This document shows, one piece after another, positions 25,525 through 37,500 of a DNA stretch of 64,000 nucleotides; position 1 is the first letter of the stretch, and each line of letters opens with the position of its first letter. The stretch spans positions 15,686,001-15,750,000 of the forward strand of contig OZ360246.1 in NCBI GenBank assembly GCA_977017645.1, in the 5' to 3' direction. The notes beneath the pieces were generated by a model. It saw only the letters and a list, made by a program, of their open reading frames with translations, was not told the DNA's origin and ran no database searches. Both the position numbers and the translations under genes were made by a program. This DNA is from Torpedo marmorata. Lineage: Eukaryota.

Positions 25525-26850
25525 GTAAGTTTAATTCAATGAGCAGACTGCTTCCAGACTTCTGGCAGCACACCACTTGGGTGGGAGGGGATGGTTTGCA
25601 TAGAACACCACAGCACAGAAACGGCCCTTCAGCCCATCTAGTCTGTGCCGAACTGATATTCTGCCTAGTCCCATTGACCTGCACCTGGACCATAGCCCTC
25701 CATACCCCTCCCATCCTGTCCAGATATTTTAAATGCTTCACTGACAGTCTTCTTCCCCAGATAGACCAACCCGAGATGCTATTCTGACCAGTCTTTGGGT
25801 TCAAACTTCCCCCACACCCGCCCATTCCATGGGAAAGTATTTTGGCGCATTAGCTTGGAGTGTGGGGATGGATAACAACCGTGGCTTATTTCCTTTTGTT
25901 GTACATTGACGGTCTGTCATCGTCACCCCTGAGGCTTGGTTTACTGCCAGCTTGAAGAATCTGAATTAAAGAGGCTCCTTCAACATAATAATCTCTTTTA
26001 CATTTGTTACCAGCAAATTATACCTATCAATAATAGCTAATAGTGCTCTGCTGATCCCGTAATGGTATGAGAATGCCATATGTACCCTTACTGAGATCTG
26101 CTAGTAATCGTTTTTTGCTGTGGAAGGGTCGTTAAATGGCGGAAGATGAAGTAACTTTAATGTAGTCAATGTTCCGTCATCCCAGATAGGGTTTAAGTTG
26201 TACCTATGTCCGCCATGATTGGAAAGGTGGAACAGATTTGATGGCCTGAATGGCCTAATTCTGCTCCGACGTCTTATGGTACCTGCGGGACCAGAGGTAA
26301 ACTCTTCAACAATCTCAGAGGGCAGCTTATGGTTAAAGTTCACCCGCCCCGGTCCAGTGAGCCGATGAGCCCACAGAGCATTTGAAAGTCACATCACGGG
26401 ATGATAACGGACACCCACCACTGTTTTCCCTGCTGGTGTAGGACTCGTGAGGCCAAGCAAATTGGTACAATTAACAAAAGAACAGGTAGAAATGACAGTG
26501 TTTTCTGTGTGTCCGAATACCAATATCCTGCAGCTTAACATCAAAGTCAAAACCTCTCAGTCAGAGGCCACTTGACAACCGATCTGGACGTGGGCTCATT
26601 CTAGGTCTCCACTTCCAGATTTGTGCTGCATTAGCAGATAAACACAGTAGATTAGAGAGAGGAACGACATCCATAGCGCTCACTTTAGTTTGCCATCCAT
26701 TGACTAAGTGCACGAAGTTGTGCGGAGTCTGGACTGGCCTTCAGCTGTAATTCCTCACTTTCCAAATGTAAAGCGACCCCAAGGAAAAAAGCAAGAAGGC
26801 AAGATTGTCCATGTACGTGCAGTAACGTCAATGCTTTTTCCTTCTTCCAG

Positions 26851-27149
26851 TCACATCATCATTGTCTTCACTTTCTTCTCCTTCCTTCACTTCATCTGGC
26901 TCATCAGCAAAGGATTTGAGCTCACCCGGATTCCACGTTGCATCCATTGGGACCCTCGAGACTTCAGGCTACACAGACGCACACAATGGTGGATTGGAAG
27001 TGGAGCTAGAACAGTTGAGACAGGCCTTGGACATTGGAATTGACAGCAAGGAGGCCAAGGAGAAATTCTTGCACGAGATCATAAAGATGCGAGTGAAGCA
27101 AGAGGAAAAGCTGAATGCAGCTCTACAAGCCAAGCGCAGTTTGCAACAG
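26851..27149 (+). CDS. SKI: SKI coding exon 5 ([16 protein letters not shown]...[31 protein letters not shown])
   Basis: Acceptor cttcttccag at 26850, donor CAG|gtgaga; 299 nt, phase 1/0. Ser-rich tract and start of the coiled coil, closely matching SKI. Confidence 0.96.
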
Positions 27150-27224
27150 GTGAGAAAGAAATCTGCCCAAATTCAGCAGAAAAAAATTGTATTCAATGAC
27201 TGAAAAAATGGATGGAATTTGCAA

Positions 27225-27698
27225 TAAAAACACAGAAATGCTGGAGGAACACAGCAGGTCTCGCAGCATCCATAGGAGGTAAAGATATATTACCAACGTT
27301 TCGGGCCTACACCCTTCTTCAAGGTATGAGCAAAATGTAGACAGGCACCTGAATTAAAAGGCTGGGGGAGAAGGGAAGGGCAGGGGGGAGGAGCACAGAC
27401 AAAAAGTGATAATTGGACATGGATAAGAGAGCAGGAGAGGAAAGGTGAGAATTGATCGGGGTGGGTGGGGATGGCTCTGTGAATGCAGAGCTGGAGGAAA
27501 GGAGACAGGGAAAAGAAAGAGAGAAACAGAGCTAAAGGAGAAATAGGGATAGGGGGGGGGACTAATGGATACCGGGACAAGTCGATGGTAATGCCATCCG
27601 GTTGGAGGGTGCCCAGACGGATTATAAGATGTTGTTTCTCCAATTTGTGGGTGGTCTCAGTCTGGCAGTGCACGAGACCGTGGACTTGAAATATGACC
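27225..27698 (-). mobile_element. Penelope-like element 3' fragment (GIY-YIG C-terminus + pLTR with hammerhead motif)
   Basis: Peptide HGLVHCQTETTHKLEKQHLIIRLGTLQPDGI; minus strand ATACCTTGAAGAAGGGTGTAGGCCCGAAACGTTGGTA; imperfect 13-bp flanking repeat (27212-27224 / 27699-27711). Confidence 0.8.
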
Positions 27699-28019
27699 AT
27701 GAAATTTGTAAACTTGGTGCAGCTACATTAATTGTCTTTAGGCAGATTAACAACTGACATCAAGAACCAATATGTCGAGTGCAGATGTCCTGATGTAAAT
27801 ATTGATTGTATGTTTTCACATACCATCATGGAGGTTTGGTTTATGGGAGTTCTAAATTTGTAGCCCTCGTGATTGATTAGCAAGGATTGCATTTCTATGA
27901 ACAAGAGACAAGGCTGCGTTAATTATCAGAGTTCTTTCAAACATGGTTTAGCTGAAACGTGAAATGGCAGCAGAAGACTAGAGGTTTGTACCTCAGTACT
28001 TGTGACATTAATGGGTTAA

Positions 28020-28139
28020 ACAAGAAAATCTGCAGACGCTGTGATTGTAGTTTACACAAAAATGCTGCAGAAACTCAGCAGGTCACGCAGCATTCAATGC
28101 TGCGTGACCTGCTGAGTTTCTCCAGCATTTTTGTGAACG
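28020..28139. mobile_element. Fold-back Penelope pLTR mini-insertion
   Basis: 40-bp inverted arms within 28055-28135; direct repeat ttaatgggttaa at 28008-28019 / 28140-28151. Confidence 0.8.
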
Positions 28140-28315
28140 TTAATGGGTTAATCTGCTGGCATCACAAATGCACAGTCACCCTGTTCAGACTTGCATCTGG
28201 CAAACGTGTCTCTTTTCTCCACTTCCCCACCTGTCTAGTCTCGTCTCCTGTAATCTTTGTATATTTGGACATTAGTAAAATAGGATGTTGCCTAAGAATA
28301 GCCAGGAGCAAACCT

Positions 28316-28820
28316 ATCAAGTCAAGTCAAGTTTATTATCATTTGATTGCACAAGTACAACCCGACGAAATAGTGTTCTCTGGTCATCGGTGCAAAACAT
28401 GCAGACACACAACCAGACATAACACACATAAAGACAAACCATATACTGTATATGCTGGACAAGTATTCATGTATACAAATAAATAAATATTGTTTCATAA
28501 ATATGAGACTCTCGGATGGCTAAGGTGAGCAGTTCCTTTGGTCGTTCAGCATTCTCACTGCCCGTGGGAAGAAGCTGTTCCTCAGCCTGGTGGTGCTGGC
28601 TCTCATACTCCTGGATCTCTTTCCCCGACGGGAGCAGCTGAAAGATGTTGTGTGCAGGGTGGAAGGGGTCCTCAACGATTTTGCACTCCCTTTTCAAACA
28701 ACGATCCCGGTAGATCACATCAATGGGGTGGGGAGGGGGGAGACTCCAATGATCCTCTCTGCCACTTTAATGGTCCTGTGGATTGACCTCTGATTCATCT
28801 CTCTGCAGCAACTGTACCAC
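28316..28820 (-). mobile_element. Rex/Babar LINE 3' fragment, (CTTGA)n-tail subfamily
   Basis: IYRDRCLKR..KIVEDPFHPAHNIFQLLPSGK; tail tcaagtcaagtcaagtttatt. Confidence 0.85.
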
Positions 28821-29528
28821 AATCTATTTCTCGACAGCAACCATACCATACCCATATCTTCACCCATTAAAAGAGCATTCCTATCCCCAAAGTAAAACCT
28901 TTCTGGACAGACTTAGGGAAACTCTTAGAACAAATTACAGAAATTCAGTTCCCACAACGCCCAGAATTATTTCTATTGGGCAATCTCTCCGGCGTAAGAC
29001 CTAAGATGAGGTTGTCAAAATTTCAAATAAAATTTGTGGAGATCGTATTGGCGGTGGCCAGGAAATGTATAGCGGTCACGTGGAAGTCTGATTCCCATCT
29101 AGGTATGACAAGATGGAATGAGGAAATGTACAGTTGTGTTCCCCTTGAGAAGATTACCTATAATCTTAGAAATAGATATGATATATTTTTAAAGATTTGG
29201 ACTCCATATTTACAACACATGGCTGTAAATCTATAACCAGGCCCCCCCTCGCCTCCAGGACCTATGTCCATTTCCTCTTCAGAAATCCGAGTATGCCAAG
29301 TAATTTAAGCCTGCGGGGTGGACGACAAACCTCCAACGTCTTCTTTCCTTTTCTATTTCAACCTTTTCTTATTCTATTCCTCTCTCTTTTTTTTCTTTTT
29401 GTTTGTAATTTTGTTGTTTTTTAGTATAATAGTCAACAGATGAATATTATATTTGATGATGTATTATTTTTGTTATTGATAATATGTTTGGCTTTAAAAA
29501 ATACAAATAAAATATTCAAAAAAAAAAA
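28821..29528 (+). mobile_element. L1-like LINE 3' fragment with poly(A)
   Basis: LAVARKCIAVTWKSD..W...PLEKITY...FLKIWTPY, then aataaa and an A-run at about 29518-29529. Confidence 0.78.
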
Positions 29529-29743
29529 ATGACCAAAGGAACTGCTCACACATCCGAGACTCTCATATGTACAAAACAATATTTATTTATTTGTATAGAT
29601 GAAATACTTGTCCTGCATATATATTGTTTGTCTGTATGTGTTTTATATCTGGTTGTGTGTCTGCATGTTTTGCACCGAGGACCGGAGAACACTGTTTCGT
29701 CGGGTTGTACTTGTACAATTAGATGCCAATAAATTTGACTTGA
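29529..29743 (+). mobile_element. Rex/Babar 3' tail, inverted relative to 28316-28545
   Basis: Reverse complement of the 28316-28545 tail, ending aataaatttgacttga. Confidence 0.8.
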
Positions 29744-29922
29744 ACAATGCTCACAAGGATGATGGAAGCAGATTAAGCAACAACTTTCATAAGGGAAATG
29801 TATAAATTCTCAAAAAGAAAAAAAATATGTATAAGGAGCTTTAATGTAGGGGTAGTGGATTGGAACAAATTGGATAGCTCTTTCACAGAGCTCAAGCAAC
29901 AGTAAATGTAACCTTTCTGTCT

Positions 29923-30025
29923 TCCATACCTTGATGAAGGGCTCAGGCCCGATATGTTGGTTATATATCTTTGCCTTCTCTGGACGCTGCGGGGCCTGCT
30001 GAGTTTCTCCAGCACTTTTGTGTAT
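29923..30025 (+). mobile_element. Minimal (~103 bp) Penelope pLTR/hammerhead-motif insertion
   Basis: cataccttgatgaagggctcaggcccgatatgttgg; perfect 14-bp direct repeat taacctttctgtct (29909-29922 / 30026-30039). Confidence 0.8.
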
Positions 30026-30377
30026 TAACCTTTCTGTCTGATAGCTTGAGTGATCATCAAGCAGAGAAACTGTCACGCTGGCCTGAACCCTGTCAATGTG
30101 GCAGAATTTTCAGTGATGTTTATCTTGTCATCCAGAGGAGCCCACAGCATCCAGTTATTGATGTGTTTCCGGATGGCGAATGGGACCGTCAATTGAAATA
30201 TTATACATTGCAACTTACCAGGAAGTGTCAGCTTGATCAATTGTTATGATTAGTCTCTCCAGTTCTCGAGTCTGCACTGGTTTGTTTGGGAAATATTATC
30301 AGAAAGTAGAGGATTTCCTCAGGCTACTGGTTTAGAAACGTTGCCTTCAGAAATATTGTCTTTGTCAGTTCATTTCC

Positions 30378-30700
30378 ATAAGTCATAGGGGCAGAAATAG
30401 GCTATTCAGCCCATCGAGTCTGCCCTGCCATTCAACCATGAGCTGATCCATTCTCCCACTCAGCCTCACTGCCTGACCTTCTCCCCATAACCTTTGATGC
30501 CCTGGCTAATCAAGAACCTATCAATCTCTGCCTTAAAACGCCCAATGACTTGGCCTCCACAACTGCCTGTGGCAACCAACTGCCCTCTGGCTAAAGAAAT
30601 TTCACCGCATCTCTGTTCCAAGTGGACGCCCTTCAATCCTGAAGTTGTGCCCTCTTGTCCTAGGCTCTCCCACCATGGGAGACAACCTTTCTATGTCTAC
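30378..30700 (-). mobile_element. CR1/HER1-like LINE 3' end
   Basis: cataagtcataggggcagaaataggctattcagccc... is the reverse complement of a CR1 tail. Confidence 0.75.
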
Positions 30701-30923
30701 ATATAACTGAGATGCAAAATGGTTGTTCTGTAAGATCAATTTATTTTATTCAACGCTGGATGATGTGGCGATGAATGAAAGGAGGAGCGCTTATTGGGTA
30801 GAATACAGCCAACCATTTACCACTGTAGTTGCAGAATAAAATATATTAATTAAATCAGGATCCTGGCACTCTCTCACTAAGAATACCCAAGTCCATGGCA
30901 GGTAGAATCGAAGAACAGTATTA

Positions 30924-31337
30924 AAAAGTAAATCACGAAAATCTGTAGACACCGTGGTTGAAGTAAAAACACAAATGCTGGAGAAGCTCAGCAGGTCAAA
31001 CAGTGTCTTTTATGTAGCAAAGGAAGAAATACAATCACATAGAAATACAATCACTAAAATCTGTAGACACCGTGGTTGAAGTAAAAACACAAATGCTGGA
31101 GAAGTTCAGCAGGTCAAACAGTGTCCTTTATGTAGCAAAGGAAGAAATACAATCACGTAGAAATACGATCACGAAAATCTGTAGACACCGTGGTTGAAGT
31201 AAAAATGCCTGCCGGCATTTTCTCATACTTTGATGAAGGGCTCAAGCCCGAAACGTCGGTTATGTATTTCTACCTTTGCTACATAAAAGACACTGTTTGA
31301 CCTGCTGAGTTTCTCCAGCATTTGTGTTTTTACTACC
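30924..31337. mobile_element. Penelope pLTR array: ~2.3 tandem 118-bp units plus one inverted hammerhead-bearing unit
   Basis: atctgtagacacc recurs at 30941, 31059 and 31177; inverted unit at about 31206-31337; perfect 13-bp direct repeat aagaacagtatta (30911-30923 / 31338-31350). Confidence 0.82.
31224..31264 (+). ncRNA. Putative minimal type I hammerhead ribozyme (best-preserved copy)
   Basis: CAUACU-UUGAUGA-A-GGGC(UCAA)GCCC-GAAAC-GUC^GGUUAUG: core boxes, stem II hairpin, GUC triplet and stem I with one bulge. Stem III is only the palindrome ACGU. Activity is untested. Confidence 0.6.
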
Positions 31338-31751
31338 AAGAACAGTATTAGTCTGGTTGGAAAAACTAATTACCGGTAGTTCCTCGGTAATACACAGACC
31401 AAGATAAAGCAGAGAAAAGCACCTGCATGCCTTAGGTCTCGTCTTTAACCACTGCCTTGTGCCTTTCTTCAACATAAAAGCTCTTTAAAATTAAATACCA
31501 TTCATGGCAGCAAGTTGTAATGTAAGCACTCAAGATCCCAGGCTGTCTTAAAACTGAAAATAGCAAGGACATCTGAATTATGATTGACATAGGTGATTCA
31601 AAGGAAAGAAGGCATCTTTGTGTTGATATTAACGGTTTTAAGAATAGATTTTACAGAGGAGGCTGGGTCATGCTGGTAAACCAACCGTGCAAATTGTCAG
31701 GCATCTTAATTTTCCATGTAACTGAACCTTCTGCTCTTCTTGGCTTCATAG

Positions 31752-31997
<246 letters not shown>

Positions 31998-33819
31998 TGA
32001 CGGAGCTCAGTTCCACCACACAGACATTTACATCGCTTCACATTTGGTCATTGTGCTTTGGTTTTCAAAAGTACCGCTTCACAGTTGCATCATGTGGTGT
32101 GACTGATAATTTGGCTTGTGAGAACAGGAAAGCCACAATTTGCCAGAAGTCAACTCAGATTTTCTGGCCAGAGGGTGTCTGGTTGTGAACATCAGCTACA
32201 TCTGTCCCTGTGCTCAGCTCCCGTTGGCTGTGTCAGGGAGAAATTTAACATCACCGTTTTTACTTTTGGGCGTGATGCACAGTTGGGGGAGGTAGTATGT
32301 ACAATGCAAAATGTGATTTCCTGTGCATTTGAGGTCAAATAGCCAGGTGGAGAAGGATGGAATTGTTGTTCATAAATAACATTTTGCACTCATGATAGGT
32401 TAGATAATTCTCACTTCCCCGCCAGTTGCCGTAGAATTGAATGCAGTAGAATCCCCAGTTGATGCATTACCACCTGAATACAATTAACACTAATTGATGT
32501 ACATGAATTGGATACAATTAACACGCTTCTTTTGTTTATTTCAATTTTCTGTTCCTACCACTTCTCACCCACACCCTCTCCCACCACCACCTCCCCTCCA
32601 CGCAGTTGATTAATGCTGAGTTACATTTCCCTGGGGTGGTGCCGTACCTTTCCAAACAGCATTCTTCAAACCTGAGTCATTTTTTGAAGTTCGCCACCTC
32701 CAGCGTAAATTGGACAGCGCAATCTGAAGCTGCAGACGGCGGCCTTTGGTTCCGAGGCATCTGCATTTGTGTGATCATGACAGGCAAGCTGCAAATGGCA
32801 ACACCCCTTCCTGGTGCCATGTCTAAGGTCTGACCAAGTCTCACCATCTCAGTGAGTTGTAATGGCCAACTGTTAGCTCCATTGTCTTCTGGTCCAGGGA
32901 GGAGGGGTAACAGTCCTTAAGTTCTTCATTTTCATTTTACTAAATCCTTAAAAGTCTCATTATCCAATTTAACATGACCTTGCATTGCCTTCTCGATAAA
33001 TTCAGTGCCCTTCCAGTAGATATAACCTCAGATTGTGTCGCCCTGTTAGGTGCACAACATGTTGTTTCACCTGATTATCTTTTTAAAAGATAATCTTGGC
33101 TATTATGTAAGTGTAGTTTCTTGTCAAATTTGACCAAACCCATGCAGAAGCAATCAACTGCTTCTGTCCATCAATCTTCCCCTCTGACCAATCCCCCACT
33201 GGCCCCTGTCCAACCTCACCCACTCTGTCCTCAATACATCAGCTCTTGAAGAGTTCCAACCCGAAATATTGACCGTTCTGTCTCTCCCTTTGAAGCTGCT
33301 CGACCCACTGAGTTCCTCCAGCAGATTGTGTTTTGCTCCAGATTCCAGCATCCACTGTCTCTCGTGTATCTCCACAGAGACATTGCTTGTCATTTGAAAA
33401 ATACAATGTAATCGGTGCTACTGTATCTCAAAACTGGGAATTTCATAAGTGGAGTTCAATGCACAGCTGCTACTGCATGGCGCCATTCGCACCAATAAAT
33501 AAAGGGAAGTTTCGAACCTGTTGTCCTTGACTGAAGGAGTGAGTTAGTTTGAATAAGCTTCTGTATTAAAGAGTGTGAAAAGATTACAATTGTAATAATG
33601 CTTCCCAAAACTAAGCAGGAGGATTAAGAACGGAGAAAGTATTGCAGATTCAAGACATTAGCATTCAAATAAAGGAAAAGGAAGTGATGTTGATTTCTGT
33701 TTCAACATCTTGCAGAGTTGCAGGGGATGACAATGACAGACTAAACAAAACTAAGTGAGAACTACACCATGAGTGTTGCCGGCAGAACATTTCTGGTCGA
33801 GGGAAATGGCTGGCCTGAC

Positions 33820-33911
33820 CTGATGAAGGGCTCAGGCCCGAAGCGGTGGTTATCCTTTACTTCCTGTGGATGCTGCGTGACCTGCTGAGTTTCTCCAGCA
33901 CATTTACGTAT
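33820..33911 (+). mobile_element. Minimal Penelope pLTR/hammerhead-motif insertion
   Basis: ctgatgaagggctcaggcccgaagc; flanking tggcctgacct / tgtcctgacct (33811-33821 / 33912-33922). Confidence 0.7.
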
Positions 33912-34151
33912 TGTCCTGACCTTCCTGCACCCAAATAGATTCAAAAGGTAATAGGAACACCCAAGTTTATTCAGTAGGTGAGACACTACAGGTGGCGTTA
34001 GTGATTGTCTGTTTCTACTGTGATATTTTCACAGGGTTTTAGTTTGTGAAACTATATGCTGTAAAATTAAAAGTACAATTAAATGGCCCTGTGTGCTCTA
34101 GGTGTAAATCTTGTGTAGAAACCACATCTATGTGAAACTTTTTAGAGTAAC

Positions 34152-34390
34152 CAGTAATGTAGCGGTTAGTGCAACATTATTACAGCGCCAGCAACCCAGG
34201 TTTGAATCTGCTGCTGTCTGTAAGGAGTTTTTACGTTCTCACCATGACCCGCGTGGGTTTCCTTCGGGTAGTCTGGTTTCCTCCCAAGTTTCAAAGACGT
34301 AAGGGGTTGGTAGGTTGATTGGTCACATGGGTGCAATTGGGCGGCACGGGCTCATGGGCCGGAAGGATCTGTTACCGTGCTGTATTTCTG
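34152..34390 (+). mobile_element. V-SINE (HE1-like), diverged
   Basis: Head gtagcggttagtgcaac, V-domain and tail. Confidence 0.75.
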
Positions 34391-36244
34391 TGGGGGAAAA
34401 AAATTATAAAAGATCACCATCTTCGCAGTCTTGTTCTGTGTTGCATTTTTCTTTTGCCGAGATAATTTTGAACAATAGCACTTCCATTCTCCTCCAACAA
34501 AGACCGCTTCCCCTAGCAAACCATGAAAATTGAGCGCTCAAATCACGTGCTCAAGTTTTGGATCAAGTTTTGGAGTGAGGCAATGAAATGTGACATTTTG
34601 TATAGATTTTATCCCCTGCAAAGTTATGTTAGATAATTGGGAACAAGAATAAAGCTTGCTTGTTGCAGTAGCTACATATTTTGCAGAGGTATCTACCAGA
34701 GATGCGTGCATGAGGAATAGGTGTTGATTCAAATATTAAAAGAGAAGCTAGAGCAGAATTTGGTTAATAATCTGGATGTTATGCTAATGTTAGATTAAGA
34801 GATGGATATTTGATCCCAGCACTCAGCAGAGAAGTCCTGAATTGGTTCCTTAACAGACTTTATCTCTGGCTTTGACTGGGACACTACATCTGATCTCCGA
34901 ACCCTTCAATTCCTGCACTGGTGCCCGCTGAAAATACATCTCCAAAGGTGCAGCTGGGAGCAGGATCAGGCTCAGCTCCGATGTGCAACCTTCCAAAACC
35001 GATTCCATCGCGGGGCCCATCGTTTTACCGTCTGCATTCAAGTCGTATTGAAAGGGAGAGTTTTGTGTAGACCACAGTTGGAGTTAGCTGTTGGACTGAA
35101 AGAGGCTACAAAGTGGTTTTTCGTTTCTAAAGCCTGGGGGAGGAGATGGAAAGAGAGCCGCTAATCGAGAAGGAGATGAGGGCCATGGCTTGGCTCCTCA
35201 GTATGGCACACCTTGTAACTGTTGGTTACAGACAGTGACAGCCAGCGAATCTCTCTTTTGGATGGGTAATGGTGTGTGCTCTGAAACAAATGGGGAAATA
35301 ATAATAAAACAAAATGAGGAGAGAGGTGCAGTCGTGAAATACTCCCGTGGTGACTTCCCTGACATTATCTTCACCTGCCAGCAGCACTTAAGTTTTTATG
35401 CCATCTATTCACATTATAATTTTCACCTATTTCTTCCACGTGTTGTATTGGCTGTTGTCTCCTAATTAAGATTTAATTGTCAGGCTCGCAATGCTGGAGT
35501 GCTGAGGCAGAAGCCTGACCTCTAGTTAAAGCTGGGCTGAGGATTGTTCATTATATTGTACGAGTATCCTCGGTTGCAAGCCAATTACACCTCTCAGACA
35601 TAAATTATCTACTGAGAGAGAGAGAGAGACCACGGTAAGTAGAGCAGGTGAAGAGGGGGTGGGAAAACAACTAACAGGAGTCCAAAGGCAACTTCAGCCG
35701 TAGCTGTTCAGCAAGATGTGACTAGTATATCATAATGAATTGTGATGCTCTTTAATTCTCAATCAGCGTCATCTCTAAACCATTGTGAGAAGAGTTTAAT
35801 TTCCATCACCATGAAAAGTTGTTTGCAGTGTTGGTTAACCTTTTGAATGCCAAGTCAAGCAAATTCTGTGGAACCCCTGGAACATATTATTTCCTCGGTT
35901 GTGTGCTTTCTCAATTTCTAAATTATTATTATTTCAAAAAATATGAGCGGCATGTCAGTGTAAATCTGATGAATGATGCATCAGGGGGAAATGTCCATCA
36001 GAGGGTTACTGCTCTGAATTTTAAAGAACTAATGAGGAAGCATCTTGAAATCTTGTGTTCATCTTCTGTTCATCTCATAACTTGGCGTACACATAAGACT
36101 TCAACGCTTCTGAAAAAGTGTTCTCTTTCATCAAATTACAGTTAAATATGTACCAAAGATCAACAAGCCTTAGGTTCCACAACAAAGTTCTTCAGAGTTG
36201 AACCGTGTAAAACAACACAGTATTTCTTCAATAATAAGGAACAT

Positions 36245-36600
36245 CTGTGGAAAGACTTAGTGGGTTGGGCAGCATCTATCTGCCTGTTCATGGCCCATAT
36301 CCCTCCTTCACCTGTATGTCCATGTGCATCACTAACGTATCTGCTTCCACCACCTTTGCTGCCAGCGTGTTCTAGGCACCGACCACTCTCTGTGGAAAAG
36401 AAACTTGCCTTGTACATCTCCTTTAAACTTTCTTCGCCTGAAACCTGTGCCCTGCAGTAGTTGACATTTCCACCCTGGGAAAAAGATGTATCTGTTGCAA
36501 AGTCGCACAGGGTTAGTGGGATAATTGGTCACATGGGTGAATTTGGGCGACGCAGGCTTGTGGGCCAGAAGGGCCTGTTACCGTGCTGTATCTCTAAATT
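36245..36600. mobile_element. CR1 fragment (-) followed by a V-SINE tail (+)
   Basis: Reverse-complement CR1 RT end at 36245-36495; SINE tail gggccagaagggcctgttaccgtgctgtatctc at 36510-36600. Confidence 0.65.
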
Positions 36601-36674
36601 TAAAAATTAAATATTAAAATAAACTAGGTCACTGTGATGACCACATCGGGCTTATAAAAATTCTCTTGTCAGTT

Positions 36675-36816
36675 CCTCATACCTTCAGGAAGGGCTCAGG
36701 CCCGAAACGTCAGTTATATATCTTTACCTCCTATGGACGCTGCGAGGCCTGCTGAGTTCCTGCAGCATTTCTGTGTTTTTACTACAATCACAGCATCTAT
36801 AGACTTTCCTGTTTCA
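36675..36816 (+). mobile_element. Penelope pLTR unit with a degenerate hammerhead motif
   Basis: ataccttcaggaagggctcaggcccgaaacgtc; flanking ctcttgtcagtt / ctcttatcaatt (2 mismatches). Confidence 0.72.
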
Positions 36817-36864
36817 CTCTTATCAATTAACATGTACAACTTTTAAAGCCCTACTCATAAAATT

Positions 36865-37086
36865 TGGGCAGCACGGTTAGAGCAACAGCGACCTGGGTTC
36901 AAGTCTACTGTTGTCTGTAAGGAGTTTGTACATTCGCCCCGTGGCCTGCGTGGGTTTCCTCTGGCTACTCCGGTTTCCTCCTGCGTTCCAAAGACGTACA
37001 AGGTTAGCAGGTGAACTGGTCACATGGCTGCAACTGGGCCTCGTGGGCCGGAAGGGCCCATACCCATGCTGTATCTCCAAATTAAA
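36865..37086 (+). mobile_element. V-SINE (HE1-like)
   Basis: Head gggcagcacggttag, B box ggttcaagtc, V-domain and tail. Confidence 0.78.
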
Positions 37087-37178
37087 GATGTACCTCTACC
37101 ATTGTTTTTCCATATGTACAAGAGACCTTCACCCTGCAGTGCATTCTTTACCAACACAATAGCCCTTGGCCTGTTTGA

Positions 37179-37409
<231 letters not shown>

Positions 37410-37415
37410 AGAAAC

Positions 37416-37500
37416 TGTGTGTGTGTGTGCGTATGTGGGTGCGTGTGGATGCACATGTGTTTGTGTGAACGTATGTGTATATATTCACACATACACACAG
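37416..37500. repeat. Imperfect (GT)n/(CA)n microsatellite just after the SKI stop
   Basis: tgtgtgtgtgtgtgcgtatgtg...cacacatacacacag. Confidence 0.8.

Noticed and set aside
25274-25825. 183-aa minus-strand ORF
   Set aside because: Antisense shadow of SKI exon 4 extended through a repeat tail.
30924-31205. Direct repeats that might suggest a CRISPR array
   Set aside because: The 118-bp units are contiguous with no unique spacers, match the Penelope pLTR family, and lie in a vertebrate intron with no cas genes.
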